NCBI GenBank assembly: GCA_965248535.1
Contig: CBDFJR010000005.1
Span: 1,248,001-1,312,000 of the forward strand
Reading direction: 5' to 3'
Origin: Phormidesmis sp.
Lineage (GTDB): Bacteria; Cyanobacteriota; Cyanobacteriia; Leptolyngbyales; Leptolyngbyaceae
DNA: 64,000 nt
The position numbers and the translations under genes were made by a program. The notes beneath the pieces were generated by a model. It had not been told where the DNA came from and did no database searches. It saw nothing but the letters and a program-made list of their open reading frames with translations. How positions within the stretch are numbered: position 1 is the first letter of the stretch; every line of letters starts with the position of its first letter. Below, piece by piece: positions 55,715-64,000 of the stretch.

Positions 55715-56075
55715 AGGATTTAGAGGTAGTTGCTCAAAGAGAAACCCGATCGAGAATAAAGCAGGGAAAACAGGTGGGGCGACCTGAAAGGACTATAAAC
55801 GTTCTGTCTAGGAGTCGCAAGACGGTCAGATCTGAGCGCTTGAGGCTGAAGTGTCAGAGTTTCTAAGGGTTTGCGTAGAAGAATTTTCACCCCTTGCCGA
55901 ACTGTCAGAGGACTTGATAGTGATTGGTAGCATACACGATACAGAATTATAGTTCTGCTGAGTTAGCTACAATAGGGGGTGTCTCACCAGATCCCTTATT
56001 CACCACTTCAAATTAGAGAATAAGTTCCGTGGAAACACGGGTGAAACTGTAAGTTAACAAACCATTAAGTTTTAG

Positions 56076-57317
56076 TTAAGTCAGCTTCTTAGTCTGCTTG
56101 GTGAGGCTGACAACCTTTGAAACGGCTAGATCTAAGTCATCGATCACAAGGGCTTGCGTGGTTGCCAACCGCTCTTTGGCTTCAGTCAATCGAGAGCCGA
56201 CTAATCTAACCACTAGTTGAGGCGTGCGGGCGACTCGACTCACCATCACTTCTTCTCTGGCTTCGCTAATGCTGCGGACGTTGCGGCTCTGACGTTGAAA
56301 AAACTGCGCGATCGAGTCTGCAATCTGATCGCAGGGCACCGTCCCCGTGACTAGATTAATCAGCACTCCTCTAACTTGCCGACTTTGGGCGATCGCTTCT
56401 AATCCATCTTCTAACCGCTCACACATAGTTTCAGGGAGCCAATCGTAGTGAGTCTCGCTACCAATGTTTAAAAAATTGGCAGGTTTGCCGCCTGCTTGAG
56501 TGACGAGATCCATCGTTGCCATCGTCAACCCAGCGCCGTTGCAGAGAATGCCAATTTGCCCATCGGGGTCGAGGGTCGAGGTGAGTTCGGGGGGACGGTC
56601 AGAGGTCGATTGTCGCCCAGCCTCATCAAGAGCACGCAGCGGATCGCGGGGCAGTGTAGCTTTGGGGTCGAGGGCCGCCAGAGCAGGGTGCCGAGCCAGC
56701 GCATCATCATTGACCGTGATTTTGCCATCTAGGGCCATGACTTCTCCGGTGGGGCTAACACCGAGGGGGTTGATCTCCACTAGGTCTAAGTCGTTGTCAA
56801 GGAATAGTCGATACATTTTTTCAACGATCGCGCTGACTGAATTGATCAGCGACCCTTCTAGCCCCATCTTCACCATTAATCGACGGGCATAAAACGGTGA
56901 AAATTCTTGATCGACCGTGACGTGCTTCATTTCGGCGATCGCCGCTTGCACATCAATTCCACCTTTGAGAGACCCCAACAGCACCGGGCGACGAATGGAT
57001 CGGTTCAAAATCACCGCCAAATAGAGTTCTTGCTGAACGTCGTATTTTGCTTCTGCCAGCAGCGCCTTGGGATATTCTCCGACGATGGGTAAATTAAAGA
57101 TGGTTTGTGCCGCCGCCACCGCATCGATCGTGTTTTCGACAAATCTAATGCCGCCTGCCCGTCCTCGCCCGCCCATATAGACTTGAGACTTGAGCACGAT
57201 CGGGTAAGGCAACTCTAACCCCTTAAGATCTCTAGGGCGATCGATGCGCTGCGACGGCAGCACCGGAATGCCCATTTCCCGAAAAAGCTCTTTAGCTTGA
57301 TATTCCAGTAAGTCCAT
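56076..57317 (-). CDS. sucC: Succinyl-CoA synthetase beta subunit
   Basis: MDLLEYQAKELF, GGRGRAGG, EINPL, NGAGLTMATMD. Confidence 0.93.
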   Translation of the reverse strand: MDLLEYQAKELFREMGIPVLPSQRIDRPRDLKGLELPYPIVLKSQVYMGGRGRAGGIRFVENTIDAVAAAQTIFNLPIVGEYPKALLAEAKYDVQQELYLAVILNRSIRRPVLLGSLKGGIDVQAAIAEMKHVTVDQEFSPFYARRLMVKMGLEGSLINSVSAIVEKMYRLFLDNDLDLVEINPLGVSPTGEVMALDGKITVNDDALARHPALAALDPKATLPRDPLRALDEAGRQSTSDRPPELTSTLDPDGQIGILCNGAGLTMATMDLVTQAGGKPANFLNIGSETHYDWLPETMCERLEDGLEAIAQSRQVRGVLINLVTGTVPCDQIADSIAQFFQRQSRNVRSISEAREEVMVSRVARTPQLVVRLVGSRLTEAKERLATTQALVIDDLDLAVSKVVSLTKQTKKLT

Positions 57318-57337
57318 CACGATGTTTAAAAAGGGGG

Positions 57338-58285
57338 TCAGGGGTCAAGTTTCTCACTCTTTTTTCGGCTTTGCCAGTCTTTGGCGACTAAATCAATGCC
57401 ATAAAATCGCTGCCAAAACTGATCTACCAGACGGGTGGGCAAAACTTTGGTCATCATGAACAGCAAAAAGTCACCACTGGTGGCTGCGACATAGCGAGGG
57501 CGTGGGTGGCGGGCAGTCATGGCTTTGAGAATGACGATCGCCACTTGTTCAGAAGTCCAAGCGCGGCGGCTGGTGAGCGCTTCTAAATCTTCTAGCTTTT
57601 TAAAGGCGACTCGATAGGGGGAATGGTCGGGATCAGCGATCGTGCGTTCAACCTCTCGATCGACGACCTCAAAAAACTCGGTGCTGACGGGCCCCGGCTC
57701 AATCACACTGACGCGAATGTTAAACGGAGCCAACTCTCGCCGCAGAGAATCGCTGACCGCTTCGAGCGCAAACTTAGAGGCGCTATAGAGACCCCCAAAC
57801 GGGAAGGCAATTTTGCCCGCGAGGGAACTGACGTTGATAATTTTGCCGCCGCCCTGATCGCGCATGGCTGGAATCAGGGCTTGAATCAACGCGATCGCCC
57901 CTAGCACATTTACCTGCATCTGCCGCTGAACGGCATCGGGGGGAATTAGCTCGATCGGGCCCATCTGCCCATAGCCTGCGTTGTTGACTAAAATATCGAC
58001 TCGCCCAAAGCGATCGAGGGCCGTTTTTGCCAGAGCTTGCACCTGCTCAATCTGGGTCAGGTCAGTAGGCACGGCGATCACCTCTGCGCCTGCTTTGCTG
58101 CACTGTTCGGCGATGCGAGTCAGTTTTTCGACACTGCGGGCCGCCAACACTAACCCAATGCCAGGGTAACGCTGGGCTAAAACCTGGGCTAGACCTGCTC
58201 CGATGCCAGCAGAGGCTCCTGTGATTAAAACAACTTGCTCGGCTAGAGGAGAGGATTGCGGCATAGCTCCAATTTCGATCGGCAT
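57338..58285 (-). CDS. SDR-family oxidoreductase
   Basis: TGASAGIG, NNAG, YSASK. Confidence 0.93.
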   Translation of the reverse strand: MPIEIGAMPQSSPLAEQVVLITGASAGIGAGLAQVLAQRYPGIGLVLAARSVEKLTRIAEQCSKAGAEVIAVPTDLTQIEQVQALAKTALDRFGRVDILVNNAGYGQMGPIELIPPDAVQRQMQVNVLGAIALIQALIPAMRDQGGGKIINVSSLAGKIAFPFGGLYSASKFALEAVSDSLRRELAPFNIRVSVIEPGPVSTEFFEVVDREVERTIADPDHSPYRVAFKKLEDLEALTSRRAWTSEQVAIVILKAMTARHPRPRYVAATSGDFLLFMMTKVLPTRLVDQFWQRFYGIDLVAKDWQSRKKSEKLDP

Positions 58286-58360
58286 CTCTCAGCTAATTAT
58301 CCCATTAATGACAGATCTCGATCGCCAATCACAAACCCCGACCGATTCAAGAGTTTGAAG

Positions 58361-58389
58361 TGAACCCTTTTGATCGCTACCCAGTCTAA
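58361..58389 (+). promoter_or_regulatory. Candidate ECF-type promoter upstream of the ECF sigma gene
   Basis: TGAACC-N17-GTCTAA. Confidence 0.4.
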
Positions 58390-58430
58390 GAAGCTATAAC
58401 GTATCAATCCAGTGAAGGAATGATTCACAG

Positions 58431-59024
58431 GTGTTAGTGGCCCCGATCGATGTGATAGCAAATGGCTCGTTGAATAGTCAGTTTGAAGAGTCGGATCAAG
58501 ATCTCGTGCGACGATGCCTCAAGGGAGACTCCCCCAGCTTTCGTCGGCTTTATCAACGGCATCAGAGTCGCGTCAGAGCCATTCTCTACCAACTCTGTGA
58601 TCCCACGGCTCTCGATGATTTAGTGCAGGAGGTGTTTCTACGAGCGTGGAAAGGGTTACCCAAATTTCGGCAAACTGCCCAATTTTCGACCTGGCTCTAT
58701 CGCATTGCCTGGAACGTTGCCTCCGATCAGCGGCAGATTGCAGCTAAGGGGCGCACTCGTCTTGAAGCCTTGACTCACCAGGCTCCGACTCAGCAAGACG
58801 CACCTGATCTGATGCAGTTACACTATCAAGACTTGGTGCAGCGAGGGCTTAAACATTTAAGCTTTGACCACCGCAGCATTCTCGTGCTGCACGATTTAGA
58901 AAGTGTTCCTCAAAAGGAAATTGCTGAAATTTTAGAGATTCCGGTGGGCACGGTGAAATCTCGTTTGTTCCACGCCCGTGCCGCAATGCGACAATTTCTC
59001 TATCAAGAGGGAGTCCAGCTATGA
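58431..59024 (+). CDS. ECF sigma factor
   Basis: DLVQEVFLRAW, FSTWLYRIA, EIAEILEIPVGTVKSRL. Confidence 0.95.
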   Translation: MLVAPIDVIANGSLNSQFEESDQDLVRRCLKGDSPSFRRLYQRHQSRVRAILYQLCDPTALDDLVQEVFLRAWKGLPKFRQTAQFSTWLYRIAWNVASDQRQIAAKGRTRLEALTHQAPTQQDAPDLMQLHYQDLVQRGLKHLSFDHRSILVLHDLESVPQKEIAEILEIPVGTVKSRLFHARAAMRQFLYQEGVQL

Positions 59025-59347
59025 GTTTATTACCTGACGACGATCGGGATTTAGTCGATTTTTTGCGACAGCACCGATCGCCCGTGCCACCACCCGCCAT
59101 CGGACTCGATCGCGAGATTATGCGCCAGATTTCAGCCCCCATCGATCGAGATCGCTGGAAAAATTGGCTGGCTGCCCCGGCTCTGGCGGCCAGTTTAGTG
59201 ACGGCAGTTCTCAGCTATCGAGCGTGGGTGCCGCCTCAGCCCAGCGCCGCAGAAACGGCAACCCTAGAAGCCTTTATTGAGAGCAATTGGCACAGCACCA
59301 CCTACGACAATTCCGACCTTGAATGGGTCTCCACCAATGATGAATAA
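59021..59347 (+). CDS. Putative single-TM anti-sigma factor
   Basis: ATGA overlap with sigma; LVDFLRQHRSPVPP plus one hydrophobic segment. Confidence 0.7.
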   Translation: MSLLPDDDRDLVDFLRQHRSPVPPPAIGLDREIMRQISAPIDRDRWKNWLAAPALAASLVTAVLSYRAWVPPQPSAAETATLEAFIESNWHSTTYDNSDLEWVSTNDE

Positions 59348-59864
59348 TCATCCTGCTCACGCTTTGCTTAGATTGTTGACCCGTCGGCGAGTCGGGGCGA
59401 TCGTGGCCCTGCTCATTGTTCTAGGGGGCGCGATCGCTCTTCGGGGAAGCTATCAGGCAGAGGCGACCCTAGAGCCGTCTTTGGTGGCGACCGATCCCGT
59501 CGCTCAAGAGTCTTCACTCCCGTCAAAGCGCGGACTGGGTTGGCTGAGAGATCTCAATCTCAAGCCCGATCAGATGCGAAAAATTCAGGCGATTCGTCGT
59601 CAGTCTAGAGATCAGATTAACCGTCAGCGCCAAGAGATTCAGCAGTCTCAGCAAGATCTGCGATCGCTGCTAGCGAGTGATGCCTCGGCTGATCAGGTTC
59701 GAGAAAAATATCGTCAAGTGCAGCGCGGGCGTGACCAGTTAGCCGACGCGCAGTTCAATAGCCTTTTAGAAATGCGGCAGGTGTTAAACCCCACCCAACG
59801 CCGAACCTTTGCAGATCGAATGCAGCCCCGCAAAGAGGTTAATGGTAGAACGCCGCGATCGTAA
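59337..59864 (+). CDS. Spy/CpxP-family periplasmic chaperone
   Basis: Signal/TM; LNLKPDQ and VLNPTQR (LTxxQ-like) motifs. Confidence 0.85.
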   Translation: MMNNHPAHALLRLLTRRRVGAIVALLIVLGGAIALRGSYQAEATLEPSLVATDPVAQESSLPSKRGLGWLRDLNLKPDQMRKIQAIRRQSRDQINRQRQEIQQSQQDLRSLLASDASADQVREKYRQVQRGRDQLADAQFNSLLEMRQVLNPTQRRTFADRMQPRKEVNGRTPRS

Positions 59865-60030
59865 GCGCCGCAATCATGGGGATCACGATCGGAATGGCTA
59901 CCAACAGCGCCCGTCCGTCTAATCGCATCGGTTGACCGTCAGATCTCAGCAGAAAGATCAAGGCTCCAACGCCCATCGCTACCCAGATGCCGCCAAAAAT
60001 AAAGAAGACTGTGTAGGCTGCACTACCCAT
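59839..60030 (-). CDS. Small two-TM membrane protein
   Basis: 63 aa with two hydrophobic segments. Confidence 0.6.
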   Translation of the reverse strand: MGSAAYTVFFIFGGIWVAMGVGALIFLLRSDGQPMRLDGRALLVAIPIVIPMIAALTIAAFYH

Positions 60031-60090
60031 TTTTGATGCCTGGTTAATGATTAAATCATGCGATGCAGTGCGGGAGGATTTTCTCAACCG

Positions 60091-60723
60091 ATGACGGTCT
60101 ACATTTATCTACACGGTTTTGCATCAAGTCCACGATCGCGCAAAGCTCAAGAATTGCACGATCGCTTCGCTGCCCTCAATCTAACGCTCCACACCCCCGA
60201 TCTGAATCAAGATGACTTTACTCATCTGACGCTGACTCGCCAGATTCAACAAGTTGGCGCAGGATTTGGGCCGGGTCAGCCTGTCGTGCTCATTGGCTCA
60301 AGTCTCGGCGGGCTAACGGCTGCCTGGGTTGCAGAACAGTGTCTTCAAGTCGAGCGGATAGTTTTGCTAGCGCCTGCCTTTGAGTTTCTCACCCACTGGT
60401 TGCCTAAACTCGGCAATCAACGGTTACGAGCATGGCAGTCTGGAGACCCGCTAATGGTCTATCACTATGGAGCAGAGCGGTTATTGCCTCTAAGTTATGA
60501 GTTTGTAAGGGACTGCGATCGCTACCGTTCATCAACGCTTTTGCAACGACCGATTCCGACTCTGATCCTGCACGGCATTTATGATGACGTGATCCCTGTT
60601 CAGGCAAGTCGCAATTATGCTCAGTCGCGACCCTGGGTAGAGTTAGTTGAGCTGGATAGCGATCACGCTTTGGCAGACGTGAGTTCGGCAATTTGGGGAT
60701 CAATTACTCAGTTTTTATTTTGA
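60091..60723 (+). CDS. YqiA/YcfP-family alpha/beta hydrolase
   Basis: YLHGFASSP, GSSLGG, HGIYDDVIP, SDH. Confidence 0.92.
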   Translation: MTVYIYLHGFASSPRSRKAQELHDRFAALNLTLHTPDLNQDDFTHLTLTRQIQQVGAGFGPGQPVVLIGSSLGGLTAAWVAEQCLQVERIVLLAPAFEFLTHWLPKLGNQRLRAWQSGDPLMVYHYGAERLLPLSYEFVRDCDRYRSSTLLQRPIPTLILHGIYDDVIPVQASRNYAQSRPWVELVELDSDHALADVSSAIWGSITQFLF

Positions 60724-61122
60724 CCGAAATGCTCAAACAATTTGGGGGCACGCCGCCCCAGATGGGTATAAACGACTCTCGCAAACGCAAATTTTTATGA
60801 ATAATTACCTGCTTTCGTCTGATTTTCTCAGGTTCAAGCTATTACAGAAGGGTCACCGATGACTTTAGAAGAATCAAACTTGCGCTCAAAAAAATATTTG
60901 CTAATATCTTAACCACTACCTTGACCTAGACATCTTCTAAAAGCATGGTTTGTTGAGATTAAGCAGTCGCATAATCATCTATCTTGCAAGTGATTAGTTC
61001 AGAGCTTAAGTCAAGTATGTTTGAGCTAACAAGAAATTCACCGTTAGCGTCTGTTCTGAATCCGATCGCTGGTTGATCAAACCAGTTTCCCCGCCCCGAC
61101 TATCGTTCCCAAGGAATTTATT

Positions 61123-61578
61123 ATGGTAGAGCCTGAATTAAAACAAGTGGAATACGCCACCAGTGACGCATCTAGCCTCCTGGTTGAGCCGACCAGCCCC
61201 AACCTTTCGATCGATCAAGCAGGCACTTTGGCTCCGATGGCGACCAGCAGCGAAGGCAGCGAGCAATGGCGAGAAATCGGTGAAAAAGCCTACGCCTTTT
61301 TAGCCCTGCTGCCCGAATATTTAGGCCGGTTTTTCTCTGAATATCGCAAGCCACTCGTGACACTAGGCTTGATTTTTGGCTCGATCGTGTCAGTAAAACT
61401 CACCCTGGCTCTGTTGGGTGCGATCAACGATGTGCCCCTGCTCCAGCCCACGTTTGAGCTAGTGGGGCTGATCTACACCATTTGGTTTGTCTATCGCTAT
61501 TTGCTCAAGGCTTCTAACCGCCAAGAGTTAGGTCAAGAGGTCAACAAGCTCAAGTCTCAAGTGGTTGGCAAACCATAA
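61123..61578 (+). CDS. CAAD-domain (CurT-like) thylakoid protein
   Basis: AINDVPLLQPTFELVGLIYTIWFVYRYLL. Confidence 0.92.
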   Translation: MVEPELKQVEYATSDASSLLVEPTSPNLSIDQAGTLAPMATSSEGSEQWREIGEKAYAFLALLPEYLGRFFSEYRKPLVTLGLIFGSIVSVKLTLALLGAINDVPLLQPTFELVGLIYTIWFVYRYLLKASNRQELGQEVNKLKSQVVGKP

Positions 61579-61810
61579 GATTGGTTGGTTTAGCCACACT
61601 GCCCAAGGGGGTTTAGATAACCGCTTGGGCAGTCTTTTTAACGGATATTATGTTGCCTGAGATACATAAACCTTGAGCGTTTCTATAGTTCCCATTAAAG
61701 GAAACCCGGTTCTTGAAATGCCTTCCTAAGATAGAAGCAAGGGCACTTAGACCTTCGTACTCTACATACAGGTCTAAGGGAGACCTTAAAACCAGGGAGG
61801 AATCAGACGA

Positions 61811-62872
61811 ATGGTCGAAGCTTATCAACCCCTTGAGCGCGATTACGCTCTCGATCGTGACTGCAAAACTCTCTCCCGTCATGTTTTAGAGCAGCTACAT
61901 AGCTTTTCTGCCGATGCCCAAGACCTGAGCGCGCTGATGAATCGCATCGGTCTAGCTGGAAAGCTGATCGCTCGGCGATTGAGTCGGGCCGGCTTGATGG
62001 AAGGGGTCTTGGGGTTCACAGGTGAGGTGAATGTGCAGGGCGAGTCGGTCAAAAAGATGGATATCTACGCCAATGAGGTGTTTATCTCTGTGTTTAAGCA
62101 AAGCGGCTTGGTTTGCCGTCTAGCCTCCGAAGAGATGGAAGACCCTTACTACATTCCTGAAAACTGCCCCTCTGGGCGCTATACCTTGCTCTATGACCCG
62201 ATCGATGGGTCGTCTAATGTCGATATCAACATCAACGTTGGCTCTATTTTCTCAATTCGTCAGCAAGAAGGCGATGATAGCGACGGCACAGCGCAGGATT
62301 TGTTGCAAGATGGACACAAACAAATCGCCGCAGGCTATATTCTCTACGGGCCGAGCACCATGCTGGTCTATTCGATCGGGCGCGGCGTTCATGCGTTTAC
62401 CCTTGATCCCAGCTTAGGCGAATTTATTCTCTCCAACGAAAACATTCAAACACCAACCCACGGGCCGGTCTATAGCGTCAACGAGGGCAACTTCTGGCAA
62501 TGGGATGAGCCGCTGCGAGACTATATTCGCTATGTGCATCGTCATGAAGGCTACACCGCCCGCTATGGGGGCGCTATGGTGGGTGACTTTCATCGAATTT
62601 TGTTTCAGGGAGGCGTGTTTCTCTATCCCGGCACGGTCAAAAAGCCCGAAGGAAAGCTGCGATTGCTCTATGAGTCAGCGCCCATGGCGTTTTTGATTGA
62701 GCAAGCTGGCGGACGCGCTAGCACGGGCACCCAAGACATTCTAGATGTGATTCCAGACAAGCTTCACGCTCGCACCCCGCTGGTGATTGGCAGCACCGAA
62801 GATGTGACTCTGGTTGAGTCGTTTATCCAAGAGTGTGCCAGAGAGCGAGAAGAGTTGATGGCCAAGCGCTAG
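61811..62872 (+). CDS. fbp: Class I fructose-1,6-bisphosphatase
   Basis: [20 protein letters not shown]. Confidence 0.97.
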   Translation: MVEAYQPLERDYALDRDCKTLSRHVLEQLHSFSADAQDLSALMNRIGLAGKLIARRLSRAGLMEGVLGFTGEVNVQGESVKKMDIYANEVFISVFKQSGLVCRLASEEMEDPYYIPENCPSGRYTLLYDPIDGSSNVDININVGSIFSIRQQEGDDSDGTAQDLLQDGHKQIAAGYILYGPSTMLVYSIGRGVHAFTLDPSLGEFILSNENIQTPTHGPVYSVNEGNFWQWDEPLRDYIRYVHRHEGYTARYGGAMVGDFHRILFQGGVFLYPGTVKKPEGKLRLLYESAPMAFLIEQAGGRASTGTQDILDVIPDKLHARTPLVIGSTEDVTLVESFIQECAREREELMAKR

Positions 62873-62940
62873 AGATGTTAGACGGTTAAGCTGATTTCGC
62901 CTCAAGCCTCAAAATTATTCACGTTAGGAGTACCTCTCAA

Positions 62941-64000
62941 ATGACCACAGCAAATCATCTGTTAGAAATCAAAGACTACGGTCAAAGCATCTGGATGGAT
63001 AATTTGAATCGTGATTTGATTCAGTCGGGCGAACTGAAGCGCATGATCGAGACCGAAGGGCTGCGAGGCATCACCTCAAACCCAGCGATTTTTGAGAAGG
63101 CGATCGTGGGCAACAAAATCTACGACGAAGATATCGAAGCGGGGATCAGAGCCGGAAAATCGCTGATGGATATCTACGAATCCCTAGTGTTTAAGGATAT
63201 CCGCGACGCGTGTGACATCTTTTTGCCCGTCTATGAAGAGTCGGACGGGCTGGATGGCTACATCAGCATTGAGGTGCCGCCGACGATCGCCGACAATACT
63301 GAATCCACCATTTCAGAAGCGCGTCGCTACTACAAAGAGATCGGTCGTCCCAACGTGATGATCAAAATTCCCGGCACGCCCGAAGGGTTGCCTGCGGTTG
63401 AGCAAGTGATCGCAGATGGCATCAACGTTAATGTGACGCTGCTGTTCTCTGTGCAAAGCTATATCAACACGGCCTGGGCCTACGTCCGGGGTCTAGAGGC
63501 GCGAGTCGCCAAGGGCGAAGACATCAGCAAAATTGCCTCGGTCGCCAGTTTCTTCTTGAGCCGGATTGACAGCAACATCGACGATCGCATTGATGCCATT
63601 CTCGCCAAAGGCGTAGATCAGCTCCCCCAAGAAGCCAAGCTGAGAGCCATTAAAGGCAAAGTCGCGATCGCCAATGCCAAAGTTGCCTATCAAGAATATA
63701 AAAAGGTGATTGAGCACGATCGTTGGTTAGCGCTGAAAGAAAAAGGTGCAAACGTGCAGCGACTATTGTGGGCCAGCACAGGCACCAAAAACCCCGACTA
63801 TAGCGATGTCATGTATGTCGATGAATTGGTTGGCCCTGATACAGTCAATACGTTGCCACCTGCTACGATCAAAGCCTGTGAAGACCACTGCAACGCTGCT
63901 AGCCGCATCGAAACGGACGTTGATGAAGCCTATAACTTGATCAACAGCCTCAAAGATCCCGATGTGGATATCAACCTGTCTGAAGTCATGAACGAACTGC
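62941..64000 (+). CDS. tal: Transaldolase, truncated by window end
   Basis: GQSIWMDNL, GITSNPAIF, MIKIPGT, NVTLLFS, RLLWASTGTK; follows fbp. Confidence 0.96.
   Translation, partial: MTTANHLLEIKDYGQSIWMDNLNRDLIQSGELKRMIETEGLRGITSNPAIFEKAIVGNKIYDEDIEAGIRAGKSLMDIYESLVFKDIRDACDIFLPVYEESDGLDGYISIEVPPTIADNTESTISEARRYYKEIGRPNVMIKIPGTPEGLPAVEQVIADGINVNVTLLFSVQSYINTAWAYVRGLEARVAKGEDISKIASVASFFLSRIDSNIDDRIDAILAKGVDQLPQEAKLRAIKGKVAIANAKVAYQEYKKVIEHDRWLALKEKGANVQRLLWASTGTKNPDYSDVMYVDELVGPDTVNTLPPATIKACEDHCNAASRIETDVDEAYNLINSLKDPDVDINLSEVMNEL

Noticed and set aside
55715..56075. Hidden gene or RNA between sucC and sucD
   Set aside because: No convincing ORF or recognisable structure.

Overview
64 kb of a cyanobacterial chromosome (dense HIP1 GCGATCGC sites; crtB/crtP, Mg-chelatase H, CurT-type gene); a filamentous lineage is plausible but inferred. 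The first ~7.4 kb is a decayed accessory zone: a broken large serine recombinase, IS remnants, a deleted alcohol dehydrogenase, an interrupted CFA-synthase-like gene and a frameshifted Rpn gene. The rest is mostly core genes (hsp20-dnaK, ilvA, hemL, hisIE, crtP-crtB, galK, bchH, radC, lexA, gnd, rpe, sucCD, fbp-tal, tRNA-Ala) interspersed with small cassettes: TA pairs, Uma2 nucleases, a PTPA-CTERM protein, a complete IS605-type tnpA/tnpB element and MITEs. The main finding is a chromosomal ParM-like actin plus small ParR-like gene (43392-44686). Its near-consensus promoter (TTGACA-N17-TATAGT) is overlapped by a consensus cyanobacterial LexA box, and it sits beside radC and a lexA whose Ala-Gly cleavage site reads Ala-Thr, making it a candidate LexA-controlled actin filament system. 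Also notable: two cassettes flanked by diverged duplicates of a host gene's 3' end (one starting exactly at HIP1), a uORF plus RBS-occluding hairpin, and a frame-restoring 79-bp duplication. Several 1-bp frameshifts may be assembly errors. All family calls are by motif recognition, with no database search.
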